Assembly (NCBI GenBank): GCA_964035545.1
Contig: OZ037771.1
Span: 11,784,480 to 11,848,479, forward strand
Direction: 5' to 3'
Source: Bugula neritina
Taxonomy: Eukaryota > Animalia > Bryozoa
DNA length: 64,000 nucleotides
A program made the position numbers and the translations under genes. The notes beneath the pieces were generated by a model. The model did no database searches. It was not told the origin of the DNA and saw only the letters and a list, made by a program, of their open reading frames with translations. Shown here one piece after another: positions 14,623 through 28,022 of this stretch; the first letter of the stretch is position 1; each line of letters opens with the position of its first letter.

Positions 14623-15791
14623 ACATAATATTATAATAGCATTCAATATTATACAGTGGCAGTCTAAATCTGGAAATGCTTTGCTAGGTGGTGTTTGGCG
14701 GGTTAATGAAGTAATAAATCATTAACCTCATCTATAATATATCATTTGAATTATTTTGTCAGTTATCAATGGTAGAGATATAGTGCAGGCGGACTAAAAG
14801 GTATTGCTGGTTTAGGTGGCATTTGATAAAATTATAATACTAAGCTAACCGCTAATACCCCAGAATGTTTCAGTTAAATATAATATTATTTAAATTGATG
14901 CAGTAATATTGTGACATTCTGCAGTTTGCAAATTAAAACTTATACTTGCAATCACAGCTTATATACATGCATGATTGCACAATTAATGCCATTTTAATAA
15001 AGCTGTGTCTGTTTGGCTCTGGTAAACACAAAACTAGGTCGATACCCTCAGCTATGGTATGCACATTGTTAGAAACATTTGAACAATTTACATCTTATTG
15101 ATTAATGATTTAGGCACCCCATTTTTTGTTATATAAAACTTCAGTCTAATCTAAATGGTTGTTGCAAAAGTATTTTAGTGCAGGTGTACTAAACTCAATT
15201 TAATATAGCGCAAACATTTCAACCCATACAAGACAAGGAATCTAATAATTTGTCGAAAATTAACCTAGCTGTCATTACTACAGTGCTAACCTAGTAAACA
15301 AGGAGCCAGGGGCTCTGGTTGATGATATTTGGAATAACGTCCAGTTATAATAACCCTTGTGCCATATATTACAAATATGTTTTTAGTTTTTCTTTGTTCT
15401 GTCAGGGGTTCCTACAGGAATAGCAAATATACAATTTTGAAAGTGAGGAATTTAATTGTCTGCATATTTATTCCTAAAATTGAAATTTCAGCTTGTTTTC
15501 TATAATAATATAGTTGCACGCTATTTACATTCATTTTTTCTAAGTAAAGTGGAGTTATATATATATATATATATATTACGCTCTCATTTAATGCTCAGCA
15601 ATGACATCAAATGATTGAGCACTCTCACCATGGTCACAAACTCAAGCTGCTAGCATTTTGCAATGCTCGTGACTCCTAGGTGACCCCTAGAGTCACTTGA
15701 GCACTCTGGCTTGAGTTTACACACCTTTTAAATATGCTTTAGTAAAACTATAAGTTTTACTATTGCGAAGGTGTGGGCCATGGTACTCTGT

Positions 15792-15838
15792 TCTGTGCTG
15801 ATGAGGGGACAAATCCCGAAACAGCTGCTGTTCACAGA
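15792..15838 (+). ncRNA. Type I hammerhead ribozyme (GUU cleavage triplet)
   Basis: Stem I TCTGTG (15792-15797) / CACAGA (15833-15838); core CTGATGA (15798-15804); stem II GGGG-ACAAA-TCCC; GAAA; stem III ACAG..CTGT; triplet GTT at 15830-15832. Confidence 0.8.
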
Positions 15839-16062
15839 TTGAGATATTATGCTCTCATTTAATGCTCAGCAATGACATCAAATGGTTGAGCACTCTCACC
15901 ATGGTCACAAACTCAAGCTGCTAGCATTTTGCAATGCTTGTGACTCCTAGGTGACCCCTAGAGTCACTTGAGCACTCTGGCTTGAGTTTACACACCTTTT
16001 AAATATGCTTTAGTAAAACTATAAGTTTTACTATTGCGAAGGTGTGGGCCATAGTACTCTGT

Positions 16063-16281
<219 letters not shown>

Positions 16282-19200
16282 TGTATATACATATGTATAT
16301 ACATATGTATATATTGCACCTTTATAACATATATTTTTCTTTTCTTGAAGCAATAATCTTTGCCAAAATCAGGAGTAACTATAGATTATTTCTAAATATT
16401 AGCAGTATCAAAAATGTATACTTAATCATAATATTATTTATAGCATCTTCATTGATATCTCAATGCATATTAAAGATCATAGATATTCTTGTATCTCCCA
16501 CGTTTTTGTATCATCGGCATGAAAGGATTCAAAGTATATTTATTGAATATACTGAAAATCAGTCACTTATATTACTACTTTGGAGTTATGTTCTTTGTAT
16601 AAATGTATATTCCATATTACATCCTTTTGTAACCTGTTTCCTTTTTACCCATAATCCCTCTCTTTTGTTCCTGTGTCTCCATTAAAATAAATTGCTGAAC
16701 TGTATTATTGCTAAACTGAATAATCTATTTACATCTAAGTAAATCAACAATGTTGTCTAAATATTACATTGTTTACTTCAAAATTGTGTATACATATTAC
16801 GACGATGTTTAAAACACTGTTTGTTTAAGTTTGGGAAATGCAACAATAGGACGGTGTCACCCTTTTACTTAGTTGAATTGATTTTTTTAATTCCAGGTAG
16901 AAATCAGCTGAAGTAGCATGTTATTTTAACAATTATACCACAGCTACATAGTAGTTTTACAAGAAAAAATATATTTCTATACATAAATATTATCACATTC
17001 AGCTATATTTAAACACGTATAATATACCCTTTGCAACTTGAAAGTGAATAAAGATACTTTTGTAATGAGTGATCAAACTGAGTGTGCTTGTGACAATTGA
17101 AAATCAGTAAAAAGACTTCAAACTGCGTTAATCGCTATTTAGGATATCGGTTTTTTAATGTATCCTATAGCAACCAGATGTACACCCTGAACTTGGCAAT
17201 GTTACAGGATCTGTTTGCATAACTCTAGCTTATTATTGCCAATAAAATCACAACTGCAATTATTATGTAGATATATAAGTTGGAAACTCAAAGCAAAAAA
17301 CGCCTTTGAAGCAAATTTCTAAATAGTCAGTTTCTAAAACAGAAAATGTAAAGCAAAAAAGACAAATAATTATTATTTAAAATTTTACTTGGCACTAGAG
17401 TTGTTTCTGTGAAGTTTTTTTGTGTTTTTTTCCATAAATCATTGGAAAAATTCAAAAAGTAGCTTTTGAAAAAGATATCCTAATTTTGTATCAAATCGTT
17501 AGGCTATGTAATAGCCTAATATAATGGTGTTTATATTTTTATTAAATACATTTTAGGCTCTGTTATTTCATTTTTAGGATTCTTAAACAAAGAGAGAAAT
17601 ACCTATAAATAATTAGGTCAAGTTGCACTTTGGAAAATGTATAGAGCTTTTGCATTTTGCAACGCTGTTGATCCAGTGTTTCAGGTTCAAGCAAAAAAAC
17701 ATTTATTAAGGCATTTGAAATACGTGGTTTTTACACCACTTCTATGGAAACGAATCAGTTTTGGGCACACATAATGTAAGCTATATGAATTGCAGTTACC
17801 TACTGAATTGTTAGTGAATGCGTTTTACATCGACGTCTTAACAGTTTTTAATCTACCAATTGCTGAAAACAGTAGTTAATCATTAGTTAATCCTTTATAA
17901 CTTATATAAACTCGCGGTACCAATAGCGGCATAATGATTTTTCATGGTTTAAAGTCAACACTCCTAAATATATCACACTGGTGAGCAACCGCATCAATAT
18001 GATTTTAACGAGTTTCAGTTTGACTATAAAGGGGTACCCAGACAAGCATTATTAACTTAAACTTGGTACTTTTTTCAGCAGAGGTATAAACGAAACTTAA
18101 GACTTCTCAATTATAAATAATTAAGCATGATGAAAATTTGCCAAAATTTGATAAATTATTTTGTATTTTGCACTTTTTTTTATAAATTGATAGTTTTATA
18201 ATCTTTAAGGACTACTGTTGTTTGAATATTACAGTCGTGTGCAACAAAAATATTTTTAGGTATAAACTAACTTGACTAGACATAAAGTTACTTGTCAATA
18301 AATGAAATACAATTAACTTTATTTTGCTGCTCTTTATTTTGTCTCGTACAGATAACATGAGTGAAGGGGACTGAATTTTTTTCAAAATAATATTTTAGAT
18401 GAAATATTGCCAGATTGCTTGGCTTGAAAACACTATCTATATGCCTGAACAATCTCTCTTAGTCTTATAACACTGGCAAGCTGCTGTGAGAGCTCTTCTG
18501 TTTAGTCTATTCAACTCTAGTCCTTCTTATCTGTTGCAGATGTCTTCAATTAAACTTAATAGCAATTCCAGCTAGCTTCTGGCATATTTAAACTTTGCTG
18601 TCAGAAGCAAAATTAAAATAGGTAAGCACTTGTTAGCATTCATAAAAAGTTGAGGTCGGATATGTTAATTCAAAGTGGCTAGAAACATATAATAAGTATA
18701 TATATTCTAGGTAGAACTTAACAATAATGAGCTTAGCTGCATGTGTGTAGAAAGAAAAGTATGAAAGCAAACCAAAATGGTATACTACTTTTGATTATTG
18801 ATCTGTAAGCGTCTAAAAATCTCCTAAACGTAAATTATAGTTGCAGAAAACTAAAAAATTATAGGAATTTGAAAGTGTTAATGTTATCCCATATTTATAT
18901 ATTATGGCTCTTGATAAACTTGTATAATAACATTTTATATAAAAAATTTTCAACTTTGAGGTAAGTAGTAGATGACAGTAAAATAATTTCTGTAAAATAA
19001 TAATTCTTACTTTACTCAATGGATGATGCTTTAAGTTTGAATAATATTTACATGCAGTTAGAACTACAGTTATCAAAAATTCAGCTTTAGTGAACAATTA
19101 AGCCGCTCACAAGCTATATAATCATACTGATGTTTTACACCCATTCTTACAAGCAAATACATTGTTATTAGTGAAATAAATTTGGTGCAAAAGAGAATGT

Positions 19201-19869
19201 GTAATATAATCAACAAATTACAGTAATTTAATTGTTTTAGTCTGATCTTTTATAGGGAGAATTAAAAATAAGACTGCATTCATTAGAAAAGCAAGAATAA
19301 TAGTCAAAGATGTCAGTAAATCCTTTGCAATATATTTGCAAAATATTGATCATGTTGCTAACTCCTTTGAATTAATTGCAATCAAATTTTGTTAAATTGT
19401 AGCAAGATTAGGAATCATAGTTGCTAGTATAACAAATGCATACTTCTATTTATGAGCGAAATAGTAACTATAAATAGACAACATATAAGCTAGATGCTTC
19501 TAGACCAAAAATACAACATATCTTCTGTTATTCACAATGTTCACTCATTTGCTGGTTTTAACTGAAAGTGCTGAGTTCATCCCTTTAGAAAGAATAAGCA
19601 TGCAGTAACATAATTCGCAATTTCAAACTTCATAATAGCTTATCTGTAAAAGTTTTATAGCAAAACTGAGGCTAGTACATATATACTATGGATATTTCTA
19701 CTAATTAATAAATTACAGAACATGGCAGGTTGAAGAAAATAAGATACTAGTGACATTTACAGCTGGTGCTAGACTTAAGCATGCCAGCCAATGTTTGACT
19801 ATACTAAAAATATCTACAGGATAGATTGTTATTTGATTTATTTATAAACCATAGTTATGAATCATGGGA

Positions 19870-20087
19870 GCCAATCATTCTAGAGACACTTTAATTTCAC
19901 ACAACGGTTGTCATCATTTGGCTAGCAGATGAATTAATATATATATACCTGTTACGTTGCCCATTACTTGAGCATTTTCGTTTTGCTTCTGTAAGCAGAG
20001 GCCGCATTGGCATTAATTTTACCTACCTTTTTATTCACCTTTAGAGTTGCAGAAAGACTGCAAGATAAAGATTTAAACCAGTTTGAG
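19870..20087 (+). promoter_or_regulatory. Candidate promoter and 5' exon of methyltransferase copy A (paralogous to 31701-31944 in copy B)
   Basis: AGCCAATCA and the donor GAG|GTAAGA are conserved in both paralogues. The first coding exon is immediately preceded by an acceptor (tttttag|ATG), which implies an upstream exon. Confidence 0.45.
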
Positions 20088-20447
20088 GTAAGAGTTTTCA
20101 ATGCAAATAGCACTTTGTATGACTGTTATAAATCGAAGACTTGTGGTTTTGGAACAAATTTCTAGTGCTAATTATATAAAGCGCTAACTTTAATCTCAGA
20201 TATACTATATCTGATTTTGATATATTATAGCTACAATTCTTCAAACCCAAGCACCAATATAAATGTTGTATGCTACATAAATGACAAAAACATTGTTTCT
20301 TTTTAGCCATTATAAGGTGATATTTTGTTGAAGTTTGATGTGCTTATAGCAGTTTATGTATGCATTTGGGTAAATGCTATGATGAAGTAAGAGCTCTATA
20401 AGTCAAATGCTTTAGTGTGCTACTCATTATGCTACCACACCATTCAA

Positions 20448-20600
20448 TCTTACCCAGAAATATAGTGTCCATTTCTTCTACTTGCTGAACTTGACTGGCA
20501 GGCTTAGAGTTGCGCATTTTTGCATAGTGTACAAATTTGCCACAGCGTTTACACTTCCAATCTCTGGCAGGGCTGTGCCTCTTGTGTGGTTTTAACATAA
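20448..20600 (-). mobile_element. Degenerate Gypsy-like gag zinc-knuckle fragment
   Basis: HSPARDWKCKRCGKFVHYAKMRNSK...DTIFLGKI resembles a CX2CX4HX4C gag C-terminus. The segment is absent at the paralogous position (32290) upstream of copy B. Confidence 0.5.
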
Positions 20601-21342
20601 CCACATCGACCACAGGGAGTAGCATTATTTTTCCTAGTACTGTTACGCCAAAAATTGTGCTTCTGGAACTTAATGTTTGCGTGACTATCATTACTGATTA
20701 ATTTTTAGACAGCATCAACTGCGGTACTACTATAGTACATTTATGAGTAAAGTGGCTTTTACAACTCTGCTGAGAAAATTACTGTATTTCAGTTAATAAC
20801 GCTTGTCTGAGTACCACTTTATATAGTCAATTTGAAAATCGTTGAAATCATATTGATGCGGAAGCTTACTTTCTAAACGTTAAATCTGACCGGCCTAAAC
20901 GCTATTTGATGTCTTTTGAAAACGTTGTAAATTAGTAAAATTGACAGCATAAAAGCGATTCATTCGTCTGCATGGAATCTTTGTATTATACTCTTAATCA
21001 TCTTGTTCCAAACAAAAGCCATCAAATTAGATTAATCAAATTTGAAAAAAAATGAACATTATTTAGAAATATAGGTTCATAAAGTTTTATCAACTAGCAG
21101 ATTTACAATATAAACCACAAAATTCATAATGATAATCCTGCAACTTTCAACCTAGATTACACTTCTTTTATTTTGATAAATCCACCTGAAAAACCAATCT
21201 ACTCAGCATATTAAAAGCATGTTGCAAGAATTTAATTACAAAATTTGCTAATAAAATGGCAAGATATATTAAAGTATAAATAAGGCTAATACCGCAATAT
21301 TAAACTTTTGTTCGATTAAATACGTACTTTATCTCAAAATCC

Positions 21343-21478
<136 letters not shown>

Positions 21479-22179
21479 TAAATGTAACCTTTACTTCATT
21501 GTAATACTTTTTAGATGAGCCATACACCAGGACTGATTCCAGTAGATAAGAGATATGATGATGTCAAACTCAGTGCTGACTACGTAGAATCTAGAATAAA
21601 GTATCCCAAGTTTGTGTTTGAGGTTGTGTTGCACTATATAAAAGAATCGGTGAGCATTATAAAAGTTCATTTCAACAAGCAATGCTTCAGGTTTTTGACA
21701 TATTTTAAAATTGCTTATCTTTCAATAAAAACCAAAAAAATATATCTGAAAAAACTGTAACCGTCCGCCATAAAAAATAGCTGGATAATCAGGAAAAACA
21801 TGAGAAATCAAGCAAATTAAAAAGAACCTTAATTATTCAGGTGTATTTATTGATATGTTACCATTTTTGGGCAAAAACCCATGCTCATTAACAGCTAAAT
21901 TGTAAAATATAGCTACAAACTGGACATTTTAAGCAGGTACTAAATAAAGTAAAATGAACCAGTTTGCTATATTTTAGATTCTTTCTTGATTGAAGACTTA
22001 GATCATGACTGTTCAACAGGGAGCCTCAGGGCCAGATGTTGCCCCTGGCCCACATTTATGTGACCCTCAATAGCATAAAGCTAAAATTGGTTTTTACATG
22101 TATACATGAATTAGTGCGAAAAACATACTTTTACATGTGTTATTTAGACACATGCTACAAAACAAGCCACCACCATTTT

Positions 22180-22978
22180 TACTGCCATACAGCGACACAG
22201 GTGTTATACACTGCAATCTTTGTGAGCAAAGTTAGCTTAGTGCTTTTTCAGATAGGGTTTGTGTGACGGACCATGGTTGTTGTTGCCTTTCCGATCCTCT
22301 TGCCGAAGTAAGTGAACTTACTCATAGTTGTCAAATGCAATGGCAGGTGATGCCAATCTATCTTGTCTTAGAACATTGGTCGTTTTCAAGCTAATGGTCA
22401 CCTCAAATCTTTGCAAGCCTTGGGAAATGTGTTAATCAGCGTCTGCAATCCTTGTTGTGTGTGGGATGCGATAGAAGCCTTATCGGCAAACAGCAGGTTT
22501 CTGATGACACCTTCACATACTTTCATTTTGGCTCTGAGTCGGTTGAGGTGAAAAGGTTTGCGATCAGATCTTTTTTGTAGGTAGACCGCTTCTAATAAAA
22601 TACCAAAAATGGTGCTTTGAGAGCCTGGCAAAGAAGATACTAAAGATTGTTGGTACCAAGATGTAACTTTGCTTGAATGATTCCTAGCAGCTGTTGTTAA
22701 ACTGCACTGTCCCCTTCATGTTATTGTGGATGGATTCTATCCAGCTTTGCAGCTTTGAAAGGCAGCCAATCTTTGAAAAGATTTTAAACAGACCCTCTCT
22801 GCTAACGACATCACATGCCTTTGTCAAGTCGATAAAGGTAACATGGAGAGGCTTCTTTTGCTATCTGAATTGCTCTTGGGACTGGCGCAAAGAGAAGATT
22901 GTGTCAATTGTTGATTTTGATACCACACTGCAACTTAGAATAGACCCGATAAGCTAGTATCTGTAGGCCTGCCAAGAT
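22180..22978 (-). mobile_element. RTE-clade LINE fragment, reverse transcriptase core (degenerate)
   Basis: ILAGLQILAYRVYSKLQCG..STIDTIFSLRQ..FIDLTKA..LLFAD..TKIAVYNTCV..LYG, with stops and frameshifts. Confidence 0.9.
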
Positions 22979-23393
22979 ATGTGTAGTATATATTTCTCAC
23001 ATGCTTTCAAAAGAAAGCATGCCAACTTAGATTAGATGCAAGTACTTTTAATCTTAGCGCAATTTCATGTCCATGCAGTTTTAAACATTTGTTGTTTATC
23101 AATTACTATTATATGTTGATAATGCTGCTCTTATATGTCCGTCATCATAGAACAGCATCAAAGATTAGCGATAATAATAAACTCATAGTTGCCAAAGAAA
23201 ATAAAATACAATGTCATCCCTGACAGAAACTGTAAATTTTCAGAATTTCAATAGATGAGGAATTATCTTCTTTAAATTTTATTGGCAATTTATGTCATTA
23301 TTTCTGTTATTGCTACTAACAGTTGTTATTATAAAGAGTGATTTTAAGTTCAGATTTTACTTTCGACATGAAAAACATTGAGGCCACTCTCAC

Positions 23394-23610
23394 CTGTGTG
23401 AAAACTCTTTCTATAGCATTACTATGCGGGTGGTTCACTATTAGAACTTTGTCAAATGCATAACAAAATGCAGCAATAACTCCTCCAGGAACTAGAACTC
23501 TGTCACATTCCTTGTAGAACTTCTCGTGATCTAACCAATGTAACGCTGCTGCTGCTTGTACCAAAGTCACAGAGTTATCTTCTACTGGTAACTTCTCAGC
23601 TGCTGACAAC
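23394..23610 (-). CDS. Methyltransferase copy A exon 3, inverted
   Basis: atag|LSAAEKLPVEDNSVTLVQAAAALHWLDHEKFYKECDRVLVPGGVIAAFCY...RVFTQ|gtgag; 217 nt, no stops. Confidence 0.9.
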
Positions 23611-23764
23611 CTATCATATATTTTTTATGCTAAATCAAAACAAAATAATTTACTAAATGCATGGTTGATCAAAAGCATGAACAATTATATTATGTGGTGG
23701 TGTAAAACTATACGACATATATTTGCCAATAAAAAATAATGAATAATTTATACATGCATTATAC

Positions 23765-23934
23765 CTGTATTCAATATTATTGTGTTTGTTGTTGAGAGTT
23801 GCCTGCTCTATCTGAGATTCACTGATGTCTACACCAAGTACTTTATCAAAGTGTGGAGCTAAGAATACTGTAGACATCAATCCTGGTCCACATCCAGCAT
23901 CCACGGCTAAAGAATATTTTGGAGACTTTCCAAG
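23765..23934 (-). CDS. Methyltransferase copy A exon 2 (SAM-binding motif I), inverted
   Basis: ttacag|LGKSPKYSLAVDAGCGPGLMSTVFLAPHFDKVLGVDISESQIEQATLNNKHNNIEY(R)|gt; 170 nt, the same length as in copy B. Confidence 0.9.
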
Positions 23935-24563
23935 CTGTAATGACAAAGCATAAGCTGTTCAAAACCATTAGTTGATGTTAATGCATAATTTAAGCTGTAT
24001 TAGGGCAATGAAAATAATTACTCAATGCTTTTCTATTTATTGAAACAAAATTGCAGGATACTTTTTTAAAAGTGCTTCCGCTTTGAGCTAATGCCCATTT
24101 TCTAGCCTGATTCAAATTGAAAACACTCAAATTTTGGTGAGGGACTCGTTCAATTCCCGGAGTTACTAGTACTTACTGTCTATATAAATCAGTTTATTAG
24201 GCTATAATTTTTGGCAACCGTAATTATAAATTGCCTGTTGACTGAACTTTTGCCACACACTGCAGTTAGGAAACTTTTGTAAAAACAATTTTATTGCCAA
24301 TTCTTACCATTTAATTTTATGACACACTTTTTGTGTTAGTTTATTGAAATTATTTTTTTGTCCGATAACATAATTTTTTAATAAAAATATTGGAGTGGTT
24401 TATAAAAATTGTAATTTTCATCATAACAACTTTTGTTTAGGTTTAGTAGAATGGTTTTATAATTTGAAAAAAATCGCAAAGTTTTATTGAAGAAACTACT
24501 ATATGCTCTTATTTCATTTTAATAAATATGTTGTAGTTTGTAGACTACAACTAATGCGGGTTA

Positions 24564-24874
24564 TGTTGTGTATTTGCACAGTTAATACATTTTCCCTCTA
24601 CAAGGGTACGAGAGAGAACCAAGTAGTTTAAGATTAAACAAATATATTTATTTACAGCCTTAATTGTAGAGAGTCCCATCAGAGTAAAACAACATACATT
24701 CTAGAGAGCTACACAAGAGTTAACTTTGTAAGGCATCTGAGCATGGAATGAGTCTAGGCGATTAGAGGCTATCTTCTGATTGGCTGGTGTGTTCTAGCGG
24801 TGGAGACCGTGACGGTAGTGGCGCAGTATTTTGTGCCACTACCGTAGAGAGTGCGGTGTCGCACAATGGTAACA
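24564..24874 (-). mobile_element. Possible solo LTR (~310 bp)
   Basis: TGTT...AACA ends, a GC-richer interior and a minus-strand AATAAA. No TSD is visible. Confidence 0.3.
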
Positions 24875-25419
24875 CTAGCTTGACTTATGGAATGTTATAT
24901 TTTTTTTCCGACTATAATACAATTATGCTTTGCTTGTAAGTGTTTATGTGTCTATTAGACGAGGGAGCAGTATACATAACTCCACGCCCATTACCCATCA
25001 GCAGCAGGTGATTTCAAAATGTAAATTGTTATTGAAAACAACACCTTTAAAAAGTCCTTATATAATAACTGTAAACTATATTTGCTAATAGCTGAAGATT
25101 TTTCATTTGTTTAGACACTTAGAAACATTTACTAGACAGCCTTGCTTTCATTTAACAATGCTAGCTTTTCCACGCTCGGTTTGCAAAAAGTTGTCTCTCA
25201 AAGAAGCAAAGTAGGCGGGTAGATAAAGTTTTTAAAACTATGTGATACAAAAACAATTATTTCTAGTCAGATGCATCTTTTATTTAAATTAGGGGTGTCC
25301 AACCTTTTTGGAGCTAGGGCCACTGAAATGAAATATTTCATGGTGAAACTCACACTGTACAATTTAGCTTGACCTGAAGGCTACAGTATCACTAGTTTTC
25401 AATAAACTTTATTTCAAAC

Positions 25420-27470
25420 TTCTAAGAATAATTGTTCCAGATTGGTCCCGTTGCTTTCTCGATGCCATTATACTTTGCTCTGATATTTGGGCTGTGGTTG
25501 CACTTTGGATACTTTTGCTGAGCTTAGCCCAGTACTCATTGGCGTAACGCCTGGCAGCCTGTCTACTTTTACTCCTAGCAACCATAAAAATACAAAGGTT
25601 CCATTTACTGAATGATCAATTATATCCTGTTAAAGCAGATTGCTTAGCTTCAATGATTGGCATCATTTCAGTTGACTTTGCATCAGCCATTGATTTGACT
25701 TCAAAGTCGCTTTGCCAAAAGTGGGCAAGGCTGCATCATGCATAGAGTTTGAAAGTGTCTCCAATTTTGCTGTACCAGATTTTGCAGGCTACAAAGAAGA
25801 GAATTTTTTTGAAAAACATCACCAAAATGATCCACAAAGCTCTGAAATCTTGGTAATGTCAATGCGAGGCTTCTCAGTTTTTTGGTGTGATGGAACCGCT
25901 TTAGTAGGAACCTAGTTTTGCAGGATACATCAGAGTGGTCTGTATCACAGTGTGCACTGTGATAGAAGTGAATGGGGAAGATGTTCCGATCACATTACGC
26001 CTAGTAAGGATTACTTCCATTTGGTGCCATTGATTAGAACGTGGGTGTCTCTGAGAAGCTTGGTGCTGTGGCTTTTTTCTGAAGTAGGTGTTGGTAGTTT
26101 TTTTTGCAGGGAGCACTGAGTTTGGGCAGTCTCTGACCATTGTTATTCAGTCTTCCAACAACAAAATGTCCTAAATAAGAGGGCCATGAGTCATGATTGG
26201 CACACACTGTGGCATTGAAATCTCCTACCAGAAATAACTGTTCTGTGCTCTGGATGTCCTTGATGATGGATGCAAGATTCTTGCAGAACTTGTCCGTGGC
26301 ATCTGGTGTAGCAGATAGTGTTGGGGCGTACGCTCTGAAAAAATTGACAAGGCCACTGGTGGTGTTACAACAAAGTGTCATAAGCTCTACCATACTCGAG
26401 ATACTGTTCCTCACTGCAAAACTTGCCCCATTACATTCTTAACTTATTAGATTTTTGTCCATGCCGGTGAACATGTAGTCTTTCTTCTTCAGAGTGCCAT
26501 AATTGCGTTTCTTGAAAAGTATCATTGTCGACGCTCACTCTCTTAAGCCTGTCATTTACGATTGCAGTTTTTTAGACGTCTTTGATGTCCTGTAAGTTGG
26601 TGGACAGACCAGTCAGCATGGTCCAGAAGTTTCAACACTCTGGTTTACCAGCTGATCTCTTAGCTTCAATTTTGCCATTGTCTGGTGTAAAGATTGTAGT
26701 CTGCTGTAAAATTGTCTCTAATTCCCTGGGCATCAAATGAGAAAAGCAGACCATGGCGAGACAGCACCTAACTGGCTGGGGGATGCCCAGCCTATGGCGG
26801 GCGGTCACTCTACAGTGAAATCTGAAAACTTCTCCAATTGTCGAAAGCAACCCCTGGTGCATTGTTCTACGTTAATTGAGCAACAGTTATATAACTAGGA
26901 TCTTTGCTCTCTGTACTGCATGTGTCTACACAGAAGACAAAGCTGGAGTGTCCTATTCAGTGAGAAAATATATGGCATGTGTATGTACGCCTGGGCATTA
27001 ATTATATGGAGGAAAGACAAATTCCTATGTATTTTTTTTCTCTTTTTTATGTTGCTGATGCATCCAAAAGAACAGCAGGGCTGTTACAGTTTGGCACCAG
27101 CACCATTGCAAAAGCTGCCAGTTTGAAGTTGTAAGTAGGCATGAAATGCTTTATGAGTTCCAATTTCTGATTCCTCTTAAGGGTTGACTCCTCATGCCTC
27201 TCCCTTGGTTTGAGGTCAAAGTTTTCCTTCTCCTAGATGAGCTGTCTTCCTAGACTAATAAGCCCCATCTGCCCAAAGCACTAGTTATAAGGGGCTAGAA
27301 ACTTGCCTTCGTCCCTTCTCCTATTAGTAAAAGCAGGATTGTCAGGCATATTCTTATGTCACACAAGAGAGATAGGACTTGGACTTGGTAGCCAGAAGCT
27401 GTTTGTGACGTATGCATGAAAAAGCACTTGTTGACAGTAGGAGCTTATCCTCTCTTTTGTTTCTTTGCTG
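25420..27470 (-). mobile_element. RTE-clade LINE fragment, 5' region, AP endonuclease and linker (degenerate)
   Basis: AYAPTL..DKF..LVGDFNA..SW..LGHF.VG..N.NGQRL, HPRS.QWH and ARRYANEYWAKL motifs. Confidence 0.9.
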
Positions 27471-27474
27471 TAAT

Positions 27475-28022
27475 AATCTTCAGAACCCCAATCTTCAATT
27501 GGGAAACTCATCACCCACAAAAGAAAGGGGATGGAGAGATGGGTGAATTACGCCAAATTATACTTTCACCAGAATGTTGTGTCTTCCTCGCTATTAACAT
27601 AAAGTCAAATGTATGTTCACTCGTTATGATTTTGATGCTGTACCTACTCTAGATGAAATTAAGGGAGGACTATTGATAAAAATTAAGAAATTATAATCAT
27701 TTTGGCCATATGTTCACTCTTCATGATCTTGATCCTGTACCCACTGTAGATGAACTTAACAAACCCATTGATAGTTTAACCCAGGGCAAGGCACCTGGCA
27801 GTGATGGAATACCTCCTGATCTCATCAATTGCTGCAAGACAACTCTTTTGCATCCCTTGCATGAGGTTCTTCATTGGTGCTGAGAAGAAGATGCTGCACT
27901 GCAAGACATGGGAGATGCAAAAATCACCTATAAGAACAAGGGAAAAAGAAGTGACTTTAACAACTACAGAGGCATCTCACTCTAAACAGCATTGTTGGCA
28001 AAGTATTTGCCAAAGTCATCTT
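27475..28022 (+). mobile_element. RTE-clade LINE fragment, linker and RT N-terminus (degenerate)
   Basis: GMERWV..; DLDPVPTVDEL..GKAPGSDGIPPDLI..; NYRGISL..IVGKVFAKVI. Confidence 0.85.

Larger units (their letters stand above)
22004..25330. mobile_element. Termini of a hAT (Buster/Charlie-like) non-autonomous element split by the LINE and the inversion
   Basis: CATGACTGTTCAAC at 22004 and TAGGGGTGTCCAAC at 25290 resemble CAGGGGTGTCCAAC-type hAT ends. The outer 8-mers ACTTAGAT and ATTTAAAT match 6/8 with a central TA. Confidence 0.45.
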
